Positions 26,951 to 35,056 of a stretch of 64,000 nucleotides of DNA are shown here, piece by piece (position 1 is the first letter of the stretch; each line of letters starts with the position of its first letter). The stretch comes from Rubrivivax sp. (GTDB lineage Bacteria > Pseudomonadota > Gammaproteobacteria > Burkholderiales > Burkholderiaceae_C). The stretch is from positions 23,127 through 87,126 of the forward strand of contig JAXMEV010000013.1 in assembly GCA_046348125.1 (NCBI GenBank), in the 5' to 3' direction. Under the pieces are notes generated by a model. That model saw only the letters and a list, made by a program, of their open reading frames with translations. It did no database searches and was not told the origin of the DNA. The position numbers and the translations under genes were made by a program.

Positions 26951-27285
26951 TGGACAGGCCCGCCCGCCGCGCGCAGCGCCGGCCCGCCGCGATGAAGTCG
27001 CCCAAGGCCCGCACGGCCGCCGAATGCGAGCGGCTCGAGCAGTTGCCCAACGTCGGTCCGGCGCTGGCCGCCGACCTGCGTCTGCTCGGCATCGCGCATC
27101 CGCGCGAGCTGGCCGGGCGCGACGCCTTCGCGCTGTACCGCGCCCTGTGCCGGGCCAGCGGCCGGCGGCAGGATCCCTGCGTGCTCGACACCTTCCTCGC
27201 CGTCACCGACTTCATGTCCGGCGCCGCGCCCCGGCCCTGGTGGGCCTACACGCCGCAGCGCAAGCTGCAGTACCGCGATCTGTGA
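26950..27285 (+). CDS. Helix-hairpin-helix protein (Cdd1/mitomycin-resistance-like)
   Basis: LEQLPNVGPALAADLRLLGI, DPCVLDTF, WWAYT; TGATG coupling to lexA (alternative start 26992). Confidence 0.8.
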   Translation: MDRPARRAQRRPAAMKSPKARTAAECERLEQLPNVGPALAADLRLLGIAHPRELAGRDAFALYRALCRASGRRQDPCVLDTFLAVTDFMSGAAPRPWWAYTPQRKLQYRDL

Positions 27286-27440
27286 GCGCCCCCAGGGCCG
27301 GGCTGCGCCCAGCCCGCCCCCCGTGGGGGTCAAGCAAAGTGGCGGAGCCACATTTGCGTGAGAGCGCCCCCAGGGCCGGGCTGCGCCCAGCCCGCCCCCC
27401 GTGGGGGTCAAGCAAAGTGGCGGAGCCACATTTGCTTGAG
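27284..27440 (+). repeat. Two tandem copies (B, C) of the ~78-bp palindromic element
   Basis: GAGCGCCCCCAGGGCCGGGCTGCGCCCAGCCCGCCCCCCGTGGGGGTCAAGCAAAGTGGCGGAGCCACATTTGC at 27284 and 27362. Confidence 0.92.
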
Positions 27441-27630
27441 CGCGGGCACTGCTCGCGCACGCGCACGCAGAGCGCGGGTTTGCCCTTAGCCCGCATCGCG
27501 CCGAAGGCATCGCGCGCCGGCCCGGCAACGATTTGCGCGCTCATCCCGGCGCTTCTCGTGCATTCGTCCGCTGGCGCGCTGCGCCACGATTGCGCTCAGG
27601 TTCGGACCCCCGTGTCCGATATCACGGACC

Positions 27631-28050
27631 ATGAAGTCGCTCGCCCTGCTCCACCGCAACGCGCGCCGCTCGACGCTCGGCGACGCGAGCAGCCTGCGCA
27701 TGGAAGTGCGGCCGCCCTCGCTGTGCCACGCGCCCGACAGCACCTGGCAGCGCATCATGTTCTGGCTGCTTGCGCCGGCGCCGTACGAGGCGGCGCCGCC
27801 GCTCGGGCGCCTGCCCTCGGTGCGCACGGATTTCATGGCGACGATCGCCGATATCGACGGCAGCGGCGCCGACGCGCTGCGCCAGCGCATCGACGCCAGC
27901 GGCTCGCTGCGCGACCTGTGGCACCTGCGCTCGGAGCTCTACCGCATCATCGGCCTGGCACACGCGCAGGCCGAGGCCGACCGCCGCCTGGCGCTGCTGG
28001 CGCGCCACTTCCCCACGCGCGCGCCGCGCTCGCAGCTCGCGCCGCTCTGA
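27631..28050 (+). CDS. Hypothetical protein
   Basis: ORF with GC-typical codons; LRQRIDASGSLRDLWHLR motif; ends QLAPL. Confidence 0.7.
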   Translation: MKSLALLHRNARRSTLGDASSLRMEVRPPSLCHAPDSTWQRIMFWLLAPAPYEAAPPLGRLPSVRTDFMATIADIDGSGADALRQRIDASGSLRDLWHLRSELYRIIGLAHAQAEADRRLALLARHFPTRAPRSQLAPL

Positions 28051-28066
28051 TCCTGACCCGAACGCG

Positions 28067-28390
28067 ATGCAGCAGATCCAACCTCGCCATTTCACGCCCG
28101 GCGCCGGCCTGGCTGCCGATCGGCGCGAGCGCATCGCCGCGCGTCGCGCCTTCGTCGGCCTGAAGCTGGCCTTCCTCGAGGCGCTGGCCGCCCTGCGCGG
28201 CCCCGAGGCGCAGTGGCTGCGCGCGCATGTCCTCGGCGCCGAGGAAACGATCGATCTGTGGCTGCTGCGCGCGCCGATGTTCGACGCGTTGGCCGCACCC
28301 GAGCACCGGCCGCTGCGGCGGGCGCTGCGCCGCGCGCTCGAGACGGTCTATCCCGACACCCAGCCCGCCAGCGCGTTCGCGCCGCTGTAG
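28067..28390 (+). CDS. Hypothetical protein, probable distant paralog of the upstream gene
   Basis: LRAHVLGAEETIDLWLLR motif; ends AFAPL. Confidence 0.65.
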   Translation: MQQIQPRHFTPGAGLAADRRERIAARRAFVGLKLAFLEALAALRGPEAQWLRAHVLGAEETIDLWLLRAPMFDALAAPEHRPLRRALRRALETVYPDTQPASAFAPL

Positions 28391-28463
28391 CTCCGGGCGG
28401 GGTGGCGCGCCTGCGCCGGCGCCACGCGCGCACCTCGACGCTGCGCGCCCGCGCGCCTCGACG

Positions 28464-29006
28464 CTACGCCCGCACGCGCGCCTTGAACGTGCGCATGAAC
28501 TTCTCGACCTTGGGCGCGACGACGAAGGCGCAGTAGCCCTGCTCGGGGTGGTTCACGTAGTAGTGCTGGTGGTAGTCCTCGGCGCGCCAGTAGTTCGACT
28601 CGGGTGCGAGCTCGGTCACGACGCGCCCGCCGTGCGCCGCGTTCGCCTGCGCGCAGACGGCGCGCACCACCGCCTCCTGCGCCGGCGCATGCCAGTAGAT
28701 GCCGCTGCGGTACTGGGTGCCGACGTCGCTGCCCTGCCGATCCCTGGACGTCGGGTCGTGGACCGCGAAGAAGATCTCGAGGATCTGCGCCAGCGCGATG
28801 CGCGCCGGATCGAAGCGCAGGCGCACGACCTCGGCGTGGCCGGTGCGGCCGCTGCACACCTGCTCGTAGCTCGGCCGCTCGGCCTGGCCGTTGCTGTAGC
28901 CGCTCTCGACGGCGAGCACGCCGTCGACGCGCTCGAACACCGCTTCCAGGCACCAGAAGCAGCCGCCGGCCAGCGTGACGAGTTCGGACTGCGCATCGGC
29001 ATTCAT
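28464..29006 (-). CDS. msrA: Peptide-methionine (S)-S-oxide reductase
   Basis: [35 protein letters not shown]. Confidence 0.95.
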   Translation of the reverse strand: MNADAQSELVTLAGGCFWCLEAVFERVDGVLAVESGYSNGQAERPSYEQVCSGRTGHAEVVRLRFDPARIALAQILEIFFAVHDPTSRDRQGSDVGTQYRSGIYWHAPAQEAVVRAVCAQANAAHGGRVVTELAPESNYWRAEDYHQHYYVNHPEQGYCAFVVAPKVEKFMRTFKARVRA

Positions 29007-29094
29007 CGGCTTGCTCCTCGGCGCGGCCCCCGGCGCCGCTCGCGCGACGCGGCCCGGGCGACGCGGCGTGTTCCGTACACTTGCGCCGGATTAT

Positions 29095-30306
29095 CCGGAG
29101 ATGCCGCCGATGAAGCCCGCCTTTGCCTGGGATGACCCCTTTCGCCTCGACGAGCAGCTGAGCGAGGACGAACGCGCCGTGCGCGACGCCGCGCGCGCGT
29201 ACTGCCAGGACAAGCTGCAGCCGCGCGTGCTGCTGGCCGCGCGCCACGAGCACTTCGAGCGCGAGATCATGACCGAGATGGGCGCGCTCGGCCTGCTCGG
29301 CAGCACGATCGAGGGCTACGGCTGCGCCGGCCTCAACCATGTCTGCTACGGCCTGGTGGCGCGCGAGGTCGAGCGCGTCGACAGCGGCTACCGCAGCGCG
29401 ATGAGCGTGCAGAGCTCGCTCGTCATGCACCCGATCCACGCCTACGGCAGCCCGGCGCAGCGTCAGAAATACCTGCCCCGCCTGGCCAGCGGCGAGTGGA
29501 TCGGCTGCTTTGGCCTGACCGAGCCCGACCACGGCAGCGACCCGGCCGGCATGACGACGCGCGCGCGGCCGGTCGACGGCGGCTACCGGCTCACGGGCGC
29601 CAAGATGTGGATCACCAACAGCCCGATCGCCGACGTCTTCGTCGTCTGGGCCAAGCTGGCCGATCCCGACGGCAAAGTGGGCGGCCAGGAGAGCATCCAC
29701 GGCTTCATCCTCGACAAGGGCGTGAAGGGCCTCTCGGCGCCCAAGATCGAGGGCAAGATGAGCCTGCGCGCCAGCATCACCGGCGAGATCGTGATGGACG
29801 ACGTGTTCGTGCCGAGCGAGAACCTGCTGCCCGGCGTGAACGGCTTGAAGGGCCCGTTCGGGTGCCTCAACAAGGCGCGCTACGGCATCGCCTGGGGCGC
29901 GCTGGGCGCGGCCGAGTTCTGCTGGCACGCGGCACGCCGCTACACGCTCGAGCGCAAGCAGTTCGGCCGCCCGCTGGCGCAGAACCAGCTCATCCAGAAG
30001 AAGCTCGCCGACATGATGACCGAGATCGCGCTCGGCCTGCAGGGCTGCCTGCGCGTGGGCCGCCTGCTCGACGAAGGCAAGGCGGCGCCGGAGATGATCA
30101 GCCTGGTCAAGCGCAACAGCTGCGGCAAGGCGCTCGACGTGGCGCGCCTGGCGCGCGACATGCACGGCGGCAACGGCATCCACGACGAGTTCCATGTCAT
30201 CCGCCACATGATCAACCTCGAGACGGTGAACACCTACGAGGGCACGCACGACGTGCACGCGCTCATCCTCGGGCGCGCCTGCACCGGGCTGCAGGCGTTC
30301 TTCTGA
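29095..30306 (+). repeat. Left 1.2-kb direct repeat (gcdH) bounding the island
   Basis: About 14 nt differences by eye versus 62569-63780; identity starts at the CCGGAG RBS and ends at the stop codon. Confidence 0.95.
29101..30306 (+). CDS. gcdH: Glutaryl-CoA dehydrogenase, copy 1
   Basis: [58 protein letters not shown]. Confidence 0.93.
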   Translation: MPPMKPAFAWDDPFRLDEQLSEDERAVRDAARAYCQDKLQPRVLLAARHEHFEREIMTEMGALGLLGSTIEGYGCAGLNHVCYGLVAREVERVDSGYRSAMSVQSSLVMHPIHAYGSPAQRQKYLPRLASGEWIGCFGLTEPDHGSDPAGMTTRARPVDGGYRLTGAKMWITNSPIADVFVVWAKLADPDGKVGGQESIHGFILDKGVKGLSAPKIEGKMSLRASITGEIVMDDVFVPSENLLPGVNGLKGPFGCLNKARYGIAWGALGAAEFCWHAARRYTLERKQFGRPLAQNQLIQKKLADMMTEIALGLQGCLRVGRLLDEGKAAPEMISLVKRNSCGKALDVARLARDMHGGNGIHDEFHVIRHMINLETVNTYEGTHDVHALILGRACTGLQAFF

Positions 30307-30368
30307 TATTCGGCCATCCAGGGCTGCGATCACTCCTCGCCCGACAGCGAGGACGATGCGCCCGCCGA

Positions 30369-31181
30369 TCAGGGCCTTCTGTTGAAGCTGCCCCCGGCCG
30401 CGCTGCGCGCGTGGAAGTAGCCGCTCAGCAGGCCGCCGTCGACGAGCACGGACTCGCCGGTGACGAAGCCGGCGCCTTCGGAGAGCAGGAACAGCACCAC
30501 CTCGGCAACCTCGCCGGGCAGGGCCAGGCGCCCCATCGGCGTGCGCTCGAGCGCGATGCCGTCGCGAAACGCCGCCGGGATGTTGTTGTGGATCATGTCG
30601 GTGCCGGTCAGGCCCGGCGCCACCGCATTGACGCGGATGCCGTGGCCCGAGAGCTCCTGCGCCATCACCTTGGTCAGGCCGAGCAGGCCGGTCTTCGACG
30701 ACACGTAGCCGGCACGGCCTTCCTGGCCGGCATACGCCGAGATCGAGCACAGGTTGACGATCGCCCCCGTGCCGCGCGCGAGCATGTGGCGCGCCGCGGC
30801 CTGCCCGCACAGGAAGGCGCCCTTGAGGTTGGTGTCGATCTGCTCGTCCCAGACCTGCTCGCTCATGTCGACGAAGCGGTCCGGCCGCGAGATGCCTGCA
30901 TTGTTGACGAGGTAGTCGAGCCGGCCGAATTCGGCCAGCACGGCGTCGACCATCGCATGCACCTGCGCGCGCTCGCTGACGGCGGCCGGCACGGCCAGCG
31001 CACGGCCGCCCAGCGCGCGCACCTCGGCCACCACCGGCTCCACCGACTGCGCGCTCTGCCCATTGACGGCCACCGCCACGCCTTCGGCCGCCAGCTGCAG
31101 CACGATCTCGCGCCCGATGCCGCGCGAGCCGCCGGTCACCAGCGCGACGCCGCCCGCCAGTCCATAGCATCTCTTGGCCAC
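30369..31181 (-). CDS. SDR family oxidoreductase (FabG-like)
   Basis: TGGSRGIG, NNAG, YVSSK, NAVAPG; GTG start inferred. Confidence 0.88.
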   Translation of the reverse strand: MAKRCYGLAGGVALVTGGSRGIGREIVLQLAAEGVAVAVNGQSAQSVEPVVAEVRALGGRALAVPAAVSERAQVHAMVDAVLAEFGRLDYLVNNAGISRPDRFVDMSEQVWDEQIDTNLKGAFLCGQAAARHMLARGTGAIVNLCSISAYAGQEGRAGYVSSKTGLLGLTKVMAQELSGHGIRVNAVAPGLTGTDMIHNNIPAAFRDGIALERTPMGRLALPGEVAEVVLFLLSEGAGFVTGESVLVDGGLLSGYFHARSAAGGSFNRRP

Positions 31182-31192
31182 CGCCGCACCCC

Positions 31193-32884
31193 TCACGCCG
31201 CGCGGCGGCTGTCGTAGGTGCCGAACACCTGGCGCAGCACCTCGCAGATCTCGCCCATCGTCGCGTAGGCGCTCACGGCATCGACGACGACGTCCATCAG
31301 GTTGTTGTCGACCGCGGCCGGGCGCTCGGCGGCGGCGCGGATCGCCTGCAGCGCCCGGTCGACCGCGCGCTGATCGCGGCTGGCGCGCAGCTCCTCGACT
31401 TCGCGCCGCCGCATCTGCTCGACGTTGGGGTCGACCCGGTAGTAGCGCCTGGGCTCGCCGCGCTTGTCTTCGGCCATGGTGAAGCGGTTGAGGCCCACCT
31501 TCACCGTGTCGCCGCTGTCGATGCTGCGCTGCAGGGCCAGCGCGTCGCGCGTGATGACGTTCTGCACGTAGCCGGCGGCGATCGCCTGCGGCATGCCGCC
31601 CAGCGCGTCGATGCGCGCGATCTCGTCGACGAAGCGCTTCTCGTACTCCGAGGTCAGCCATTCCACGTAGTACGAGCCGCCGAGCGGATCGACCGTCTTG
31701 GTGATCCCGGTCTCGAAGGCGACGACCTGCTGGCTGCGGATGCCAATCACCTGCGAGGCCTCGCTCGGGATGCCCAGGCACTCGTCCATCGTGCGCAGGC
31801 AGATGTTCTGCGCGCCGGCCAGCGCGCCGACGACGCTGGCGATCGCGCTGCGCGTGATGTTGGTCTCCGGCTGCTGCCGCGTGAGCACCGAGCCGCCGTT
31901 GTGGGCGTAGAGCCGGAACACCTGGCAGCCGGGATCGGTGATGCCGTAGCGCTCCTTCATCAGCCTGGCCCACAGGCGCCGGCAAGCGCGGAACTTGCAG
32001 ATGTCCTCGAAGAACCGGTTGTGGTTGGGCGTCATCAGGAACGAGATCTTGGACGCCACCTTCTCGACCGGCACCCCCATGCGCTTGACCTGGTCCAGGT
32101 AGGCCAGACCGATGGCCAGCGTGAACGCGCCTTCGTGCACCGTGTTGGCGCCGGCCTCGCAGATGTGGTAGCCGCCGACGTTGATCGTCCAGTACTCGGG
32201 CACGTGCGTGGCGCAGTACAGCAGCGTGTCGGCAGCCAGCCGCATGCCGGCGTCGACCGGGAAGATGTAGTTGCCGCGCGCGATGTACTCCTTGAGCACG
32301 TCGTTCTGCATGCCGCCGCGCAGGCGCGACAGGTCGGCGCCTTGCTTGCGTGCCAGCGCCAGATGCATGGCGATGGTCACCACCGCCTGCGCGTTGGACA
32401 CCGAGTAGACGTACACCCGGTCCATCGGGATGCCGTCGAACATGAGCTCCCAGTCGCGCAGCGAGGCGAGGCTGATGCCGACCTTGCCCACTTCGCCGGC
32501 GGCCTGCGCATCGTCGGGGTCGTAGCCGAGCTGCGTCGGCAGGTCGAAGGCGAGGCTGAGCTCGGTCTGGCCGGCGGCCAGCAGGTTCTTGAACAGGACG
32601 TTGGTTTCCTGCGCGCTCGAGAAGCCCGCGTACTGCCCGATGCGCCAGGGCACGTCGCGGTACATCGTCGCCGTGTTGCCGCGCGTGAACGGAAAGCTGC
32701 CTGGGTAGGCGAGGTCGCGCTGGTAGTCGAAGCCCTGCTCGGCGAGGTCGGCCGGCGTGTACACGGGCTTGATGTCGAGCCCGAAGTCGGTGCGCCACTG
32801 GCGCTGCCCGTCGCGCTCGAGTTCGGCGCGGTTGGCTTCGCGCCAGGCCTGCTCGGCCGCCCGGATCTGTTCGATGTCGCTCAT
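31193..32884 (-). CDS. B12-dependent acyl-CoA mutase large subunit 1 (MCM family, no B12 domain)
   Basis: YPGSFPFTRG, QYAGF, AFDLPTQLGYD, QNDVLKEYIARG, GYHICEAGA, DPLGGSYYVE. Confidence 0.92.
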   Translation of the reverse strand: MSDIEQIRAAEQAWREANRAELERDGQRQWRTDFGLDIKPVYTPADLAEQGFDYQRDLAYPGSFPFTRGNTATMYRDVPWRIGQYAGFSSAQETNVLFKNLLAAGQTELSLAFDLPTQLGYDPDDAQAAGEVGKVGISLASLRDWELMFDGIPMDRVYVYSVSNAQAVVTIAMHLALARKQGADLSRLRGGMQNDVLKEYIARGNYIFPVDAGMRLAADTLLYCATHVPEYWTINVGGYHICEAGANTVHEGAFTLAIGLAYLDQVKRMGVPVEKVASKISFLMTPNHNRFFEDICKFRACRRLWARLMKERYGITDPGCQVFRLYAHNGGSVLTRQQPETNITRSAIASVVGALAGAQNICLRTMDECLGIPSEASQVIGIRSQQVVAFETGITKTVDPLGGSYYVEWLTSEYEKRFVDEIARIDALGGMPQAIAAGYVQNVITRDALALQRSIDSGDTVKVGLNRFTMAEDKRGEPRRYYRVDPNVEQMRRREVEELRASRDQRAVDRALQAIRAAAERPAAVDNNLMDVVVDAVSAYATMGEICEVLRQVFGTYDSRRAA

Positions 32885-32888
32885 GTTC

Positions 32889-33323
32889 CTACTCCTTGCG
32901 GCCGGCTGCGCCGGCCAGCGCCGCGTGGCGCCGCTGCGCGGCTTCGCGCACGAACGAAGAGATCTCGTCGAGCGGCGTGCCGCCCTTGAACACGCGCGCC
33001 ACGCCGGCCTCGGCGAGCAGCGGGATGTCCTTGTTCGGGATCACGCCGCCGACGATCAGCGAGACGTCGGCCAGCCCGGCCTCGCGCAGCCGGGCCGCCA
33101 CCTTGGGCACGACCTCCTTGTGCGCGCCGCACAGCGAGCTCAGGCCGACGACGTCGACCTGTTCCTCGACCGCGGCCTGCACGATCTGCTCGACGCTGTT
33201 GTAGTGGCCGAGGTAGATCACCTCCATGCCCGCGTCGCGCAGCGTCTGCGCCACCAGCCGGATGCCGGCCTGGTGTCCGTCCAGGCCGGCCTTGGCCACC
33301 AATACCCTTGCCTTGCGTTGCAT
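32889..33323 (-). CDS. Cobalamin-binding small subunit 1 of acyl-CoA mutase
   Basis: GLDGHQAG (DxHxxG), SSLCGAH, GGVIP. Confidence 0.92.
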   Translation of the reverse strand: MQRKARVLVAKAGLDGHQAGIRLVAQTLRDAGMEVIYLGHYNSVEQIVQAAVEEQVDVVGLSSLCGAHKEVVPKVAARLREAGLADVSLIVGGVIPNKDIPLLAEAGVARVFKGGTPLDEISSFVREAAQRRHAALAGAAGRKE

Positions 33324-33333
33324 GCGCCACTCC

Positions 33334-35016
33334 TCACCAGGGCAGCCGATAGCCGCCGAAGACTGCCTTCATCGCGTCGGCGATCTCGCCGCTCGTCGCG
33401 CCGACGCGCACCGCCTCGATGATCGGGAAGATCATGTTCGCGTCGTCGCCGGCCGGCCGCGCCGCCACCTGCCGCACCTTGTCGAGCGCGGCAGCCAGCG
33501 CCGCCTGGTCGCGCCGCGCCTTGTACGCGCGCAGCGCCGCGATGCGCTCGTCGACCACCGCCGCCGGCGCGGGCAGGTAGAAGTCCTCGCGCTCGGTGGC
33601 CTCCTCGGGCGGGTAGATGTTGAGCCCGAGCGAGAGCTTCTCGCCCGAGGTCACGCGCGCCACGTGCCGCGTGCCGGCCTCGAGGATCTTCTTGGCGGCG
33701 TAGCCGTTCTTGACGGCCTCGATCATGCCGCCCATGGCCTCGATGCGTTCGAGCTCGGCGCGTGCGCGCTGCTCGACCTCGTGCGTCAGCACTTCCACCG
33801 CGTAGGAGCCGCCCAGCGGGTCGACGATGTCGCACACGCCGGTCTCGAACTGCACCAGCTGCACGCTGCGCAAGGCGGTGATGCTGGCCTCTTCGCTGGG
33901 GATGCCCAGCGGCTCGTCGTAGGTCTTGGGCGTGGCCGACTGGATGCCGGCGAAGGCCATCGCCAGGCAGGCGATGGCGCCGCGCGCGACGTTCATGTCG
34001 CGCGAGTCCTTGATCAGGTCGAGGCCGCCGGTGGACACGCGCACCCAGGGCGCCATCGACTCGGGCTTCCTGGCGCCGTACTGGTCGCGCATCAGGCCCG
34101 ACCACAGGCGGCGGGCGGCGCGCCACTTGGCCACTTCGCACAGGAAGTCGCGATGGTTGACGCAGCCGAGGAAGGAGATGCGCGCCGCGACGTCGTCGAT
34201 GTCGTAGCCGCGGGCCAGTGCGGCGCGGATGTAGGCGGTGCCGGTGGCCATGCCGAACGCCAGCTGGTGCGCTTCGTCGCAGGCCGACTCCTCGTACTGC
34301 AGGCAGCACAGGTTGGACACGCGCGCCTTGGGCATGTGGCGGATGCCGAAGGTGATGACGTCGGTGGCCAGCCGCACCGAGGGGTCGGGCGGGTAGATGA
34401 ACTGGCTGTCGGTGAGGAAGCCCTTGATGATGTCGTTCTGGAAGAAGCCCAGCGTGTCGGCCCAGGCGATGCCGCGCCGTTCGGCCAGCACGCACATCAT
34501 CGCCACCCAGACCACGGCGAGCGGGTTGTTCACCCAGGCGACCGAGATCTTGCTGATGTCGATCGACTCGAGCACCGTCTCCAGATCCTCCAGCGTGGAC
34601 AGCGACAGGCCGGTCTTGCCGACGTCGTCGTAGGCGAGCGGGTGGTCGCAGTCGTAGCCCTGGATGGTCGGCAGGTCGAAGGCCAGGTGCAGGGCCTTGC
34701 TGCCCTTGGCCTGCAGGAGCTTGAACAGCGCGTTGGTCTCCTGCGGCGTCGAGAACCCCATGTACTGCGCCGACAGGTAGTGCTCGCCGCGGTACATCGT
34801 CGGCGTGATGCCGCGCGTGAACGGCGCCTCGCCCGGAAAGCCCAGGCTCCTGCCGTACTCGAAGCCGATCTTCTCGAGGTCGAGCGGCGTGTACAGGCGC
34901 TGGTACGGGATGCCCGAATCGGACGTGAACTCGGGCTTGCGCTCGCGCGCGAAGAGTTCCGAGTGCCGCGCCTCCCAGGCGCGCAGTTCGTGGTCGATGT
35001 CCTTCAGGGACGGCAT
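33334..35016 (-). CDS. B12-dependent acyl-CoA mutase large subunit 2 (highly divergent active site)
   Basis: FPGEAPFTRG, QYMGF, AFDLPTIQGYD, QNDIIKG, DEPLGIPSE, DPLGGSYAVE. Confidence 0.9.
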   Translation of the reverse strand: MPSLKDIDHELRAWEARHSELFARERKPEFTSDSGIPYQRLYTPLDLEKIGFEYGRSLGFPGEAPFTRGITPTMYRGEHYLSAQYMGFSTPQETNALFKLLQAKGSKALHLAFDLPTIQGYDCDHPLAYDDVGKTGLSLSTLEDLETVLESIDISKISVAWVNNPLAVVWVAMMCVLAERRGIAWADTLGFFQNDIIKGFLTDSQFIYPPDPSVRLATDVITFGIRHMPKARVSNLCCLQYEESACDEAHQLAFGMATGTAYIRAALARGYDIDDVAARISFLGCVNHRDFLCEVAKWRAARRLWSGLMRDQYGARKPESMAPWVRVSTGGLDLIKDSRDMNVARGAIACLAMAFAGIQSATPKTYDEPLGIPSEEASITALRSVQLVQFETGVCDIVDPLGGSYAVEVLTHEVEQRARAELERIEAMGGMIEAVKNGYAAKKILEAGTRHVARVTSGEKLSLGLNIYPPEEATEREDFYLPAPAAVVDERIAALRAYKARRDQAALAAALDKVRQVAARPAGDDANMIFPIIEAVRVGATSGEIADAMKAVFGGYRLPW

Positions 35017-35056
35017 GAGCGGGCTCCCAGCGGTTGGAGTTGCGGCATGGCTGCGC

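Noticed and set aside
27284-27440. Tandem repeats as a CRISPR array
   Set aside because: 78-bp units abut without spacers, only two copies, and no cas genes are present.
31193-33323. Calling the mutase genes plain mcm, icm or hcm
   Set aside because: Specificity motifs do not match any of them fully and no methylmalonyl-CoA epimerase is nearby, so gene symbols were withheld.
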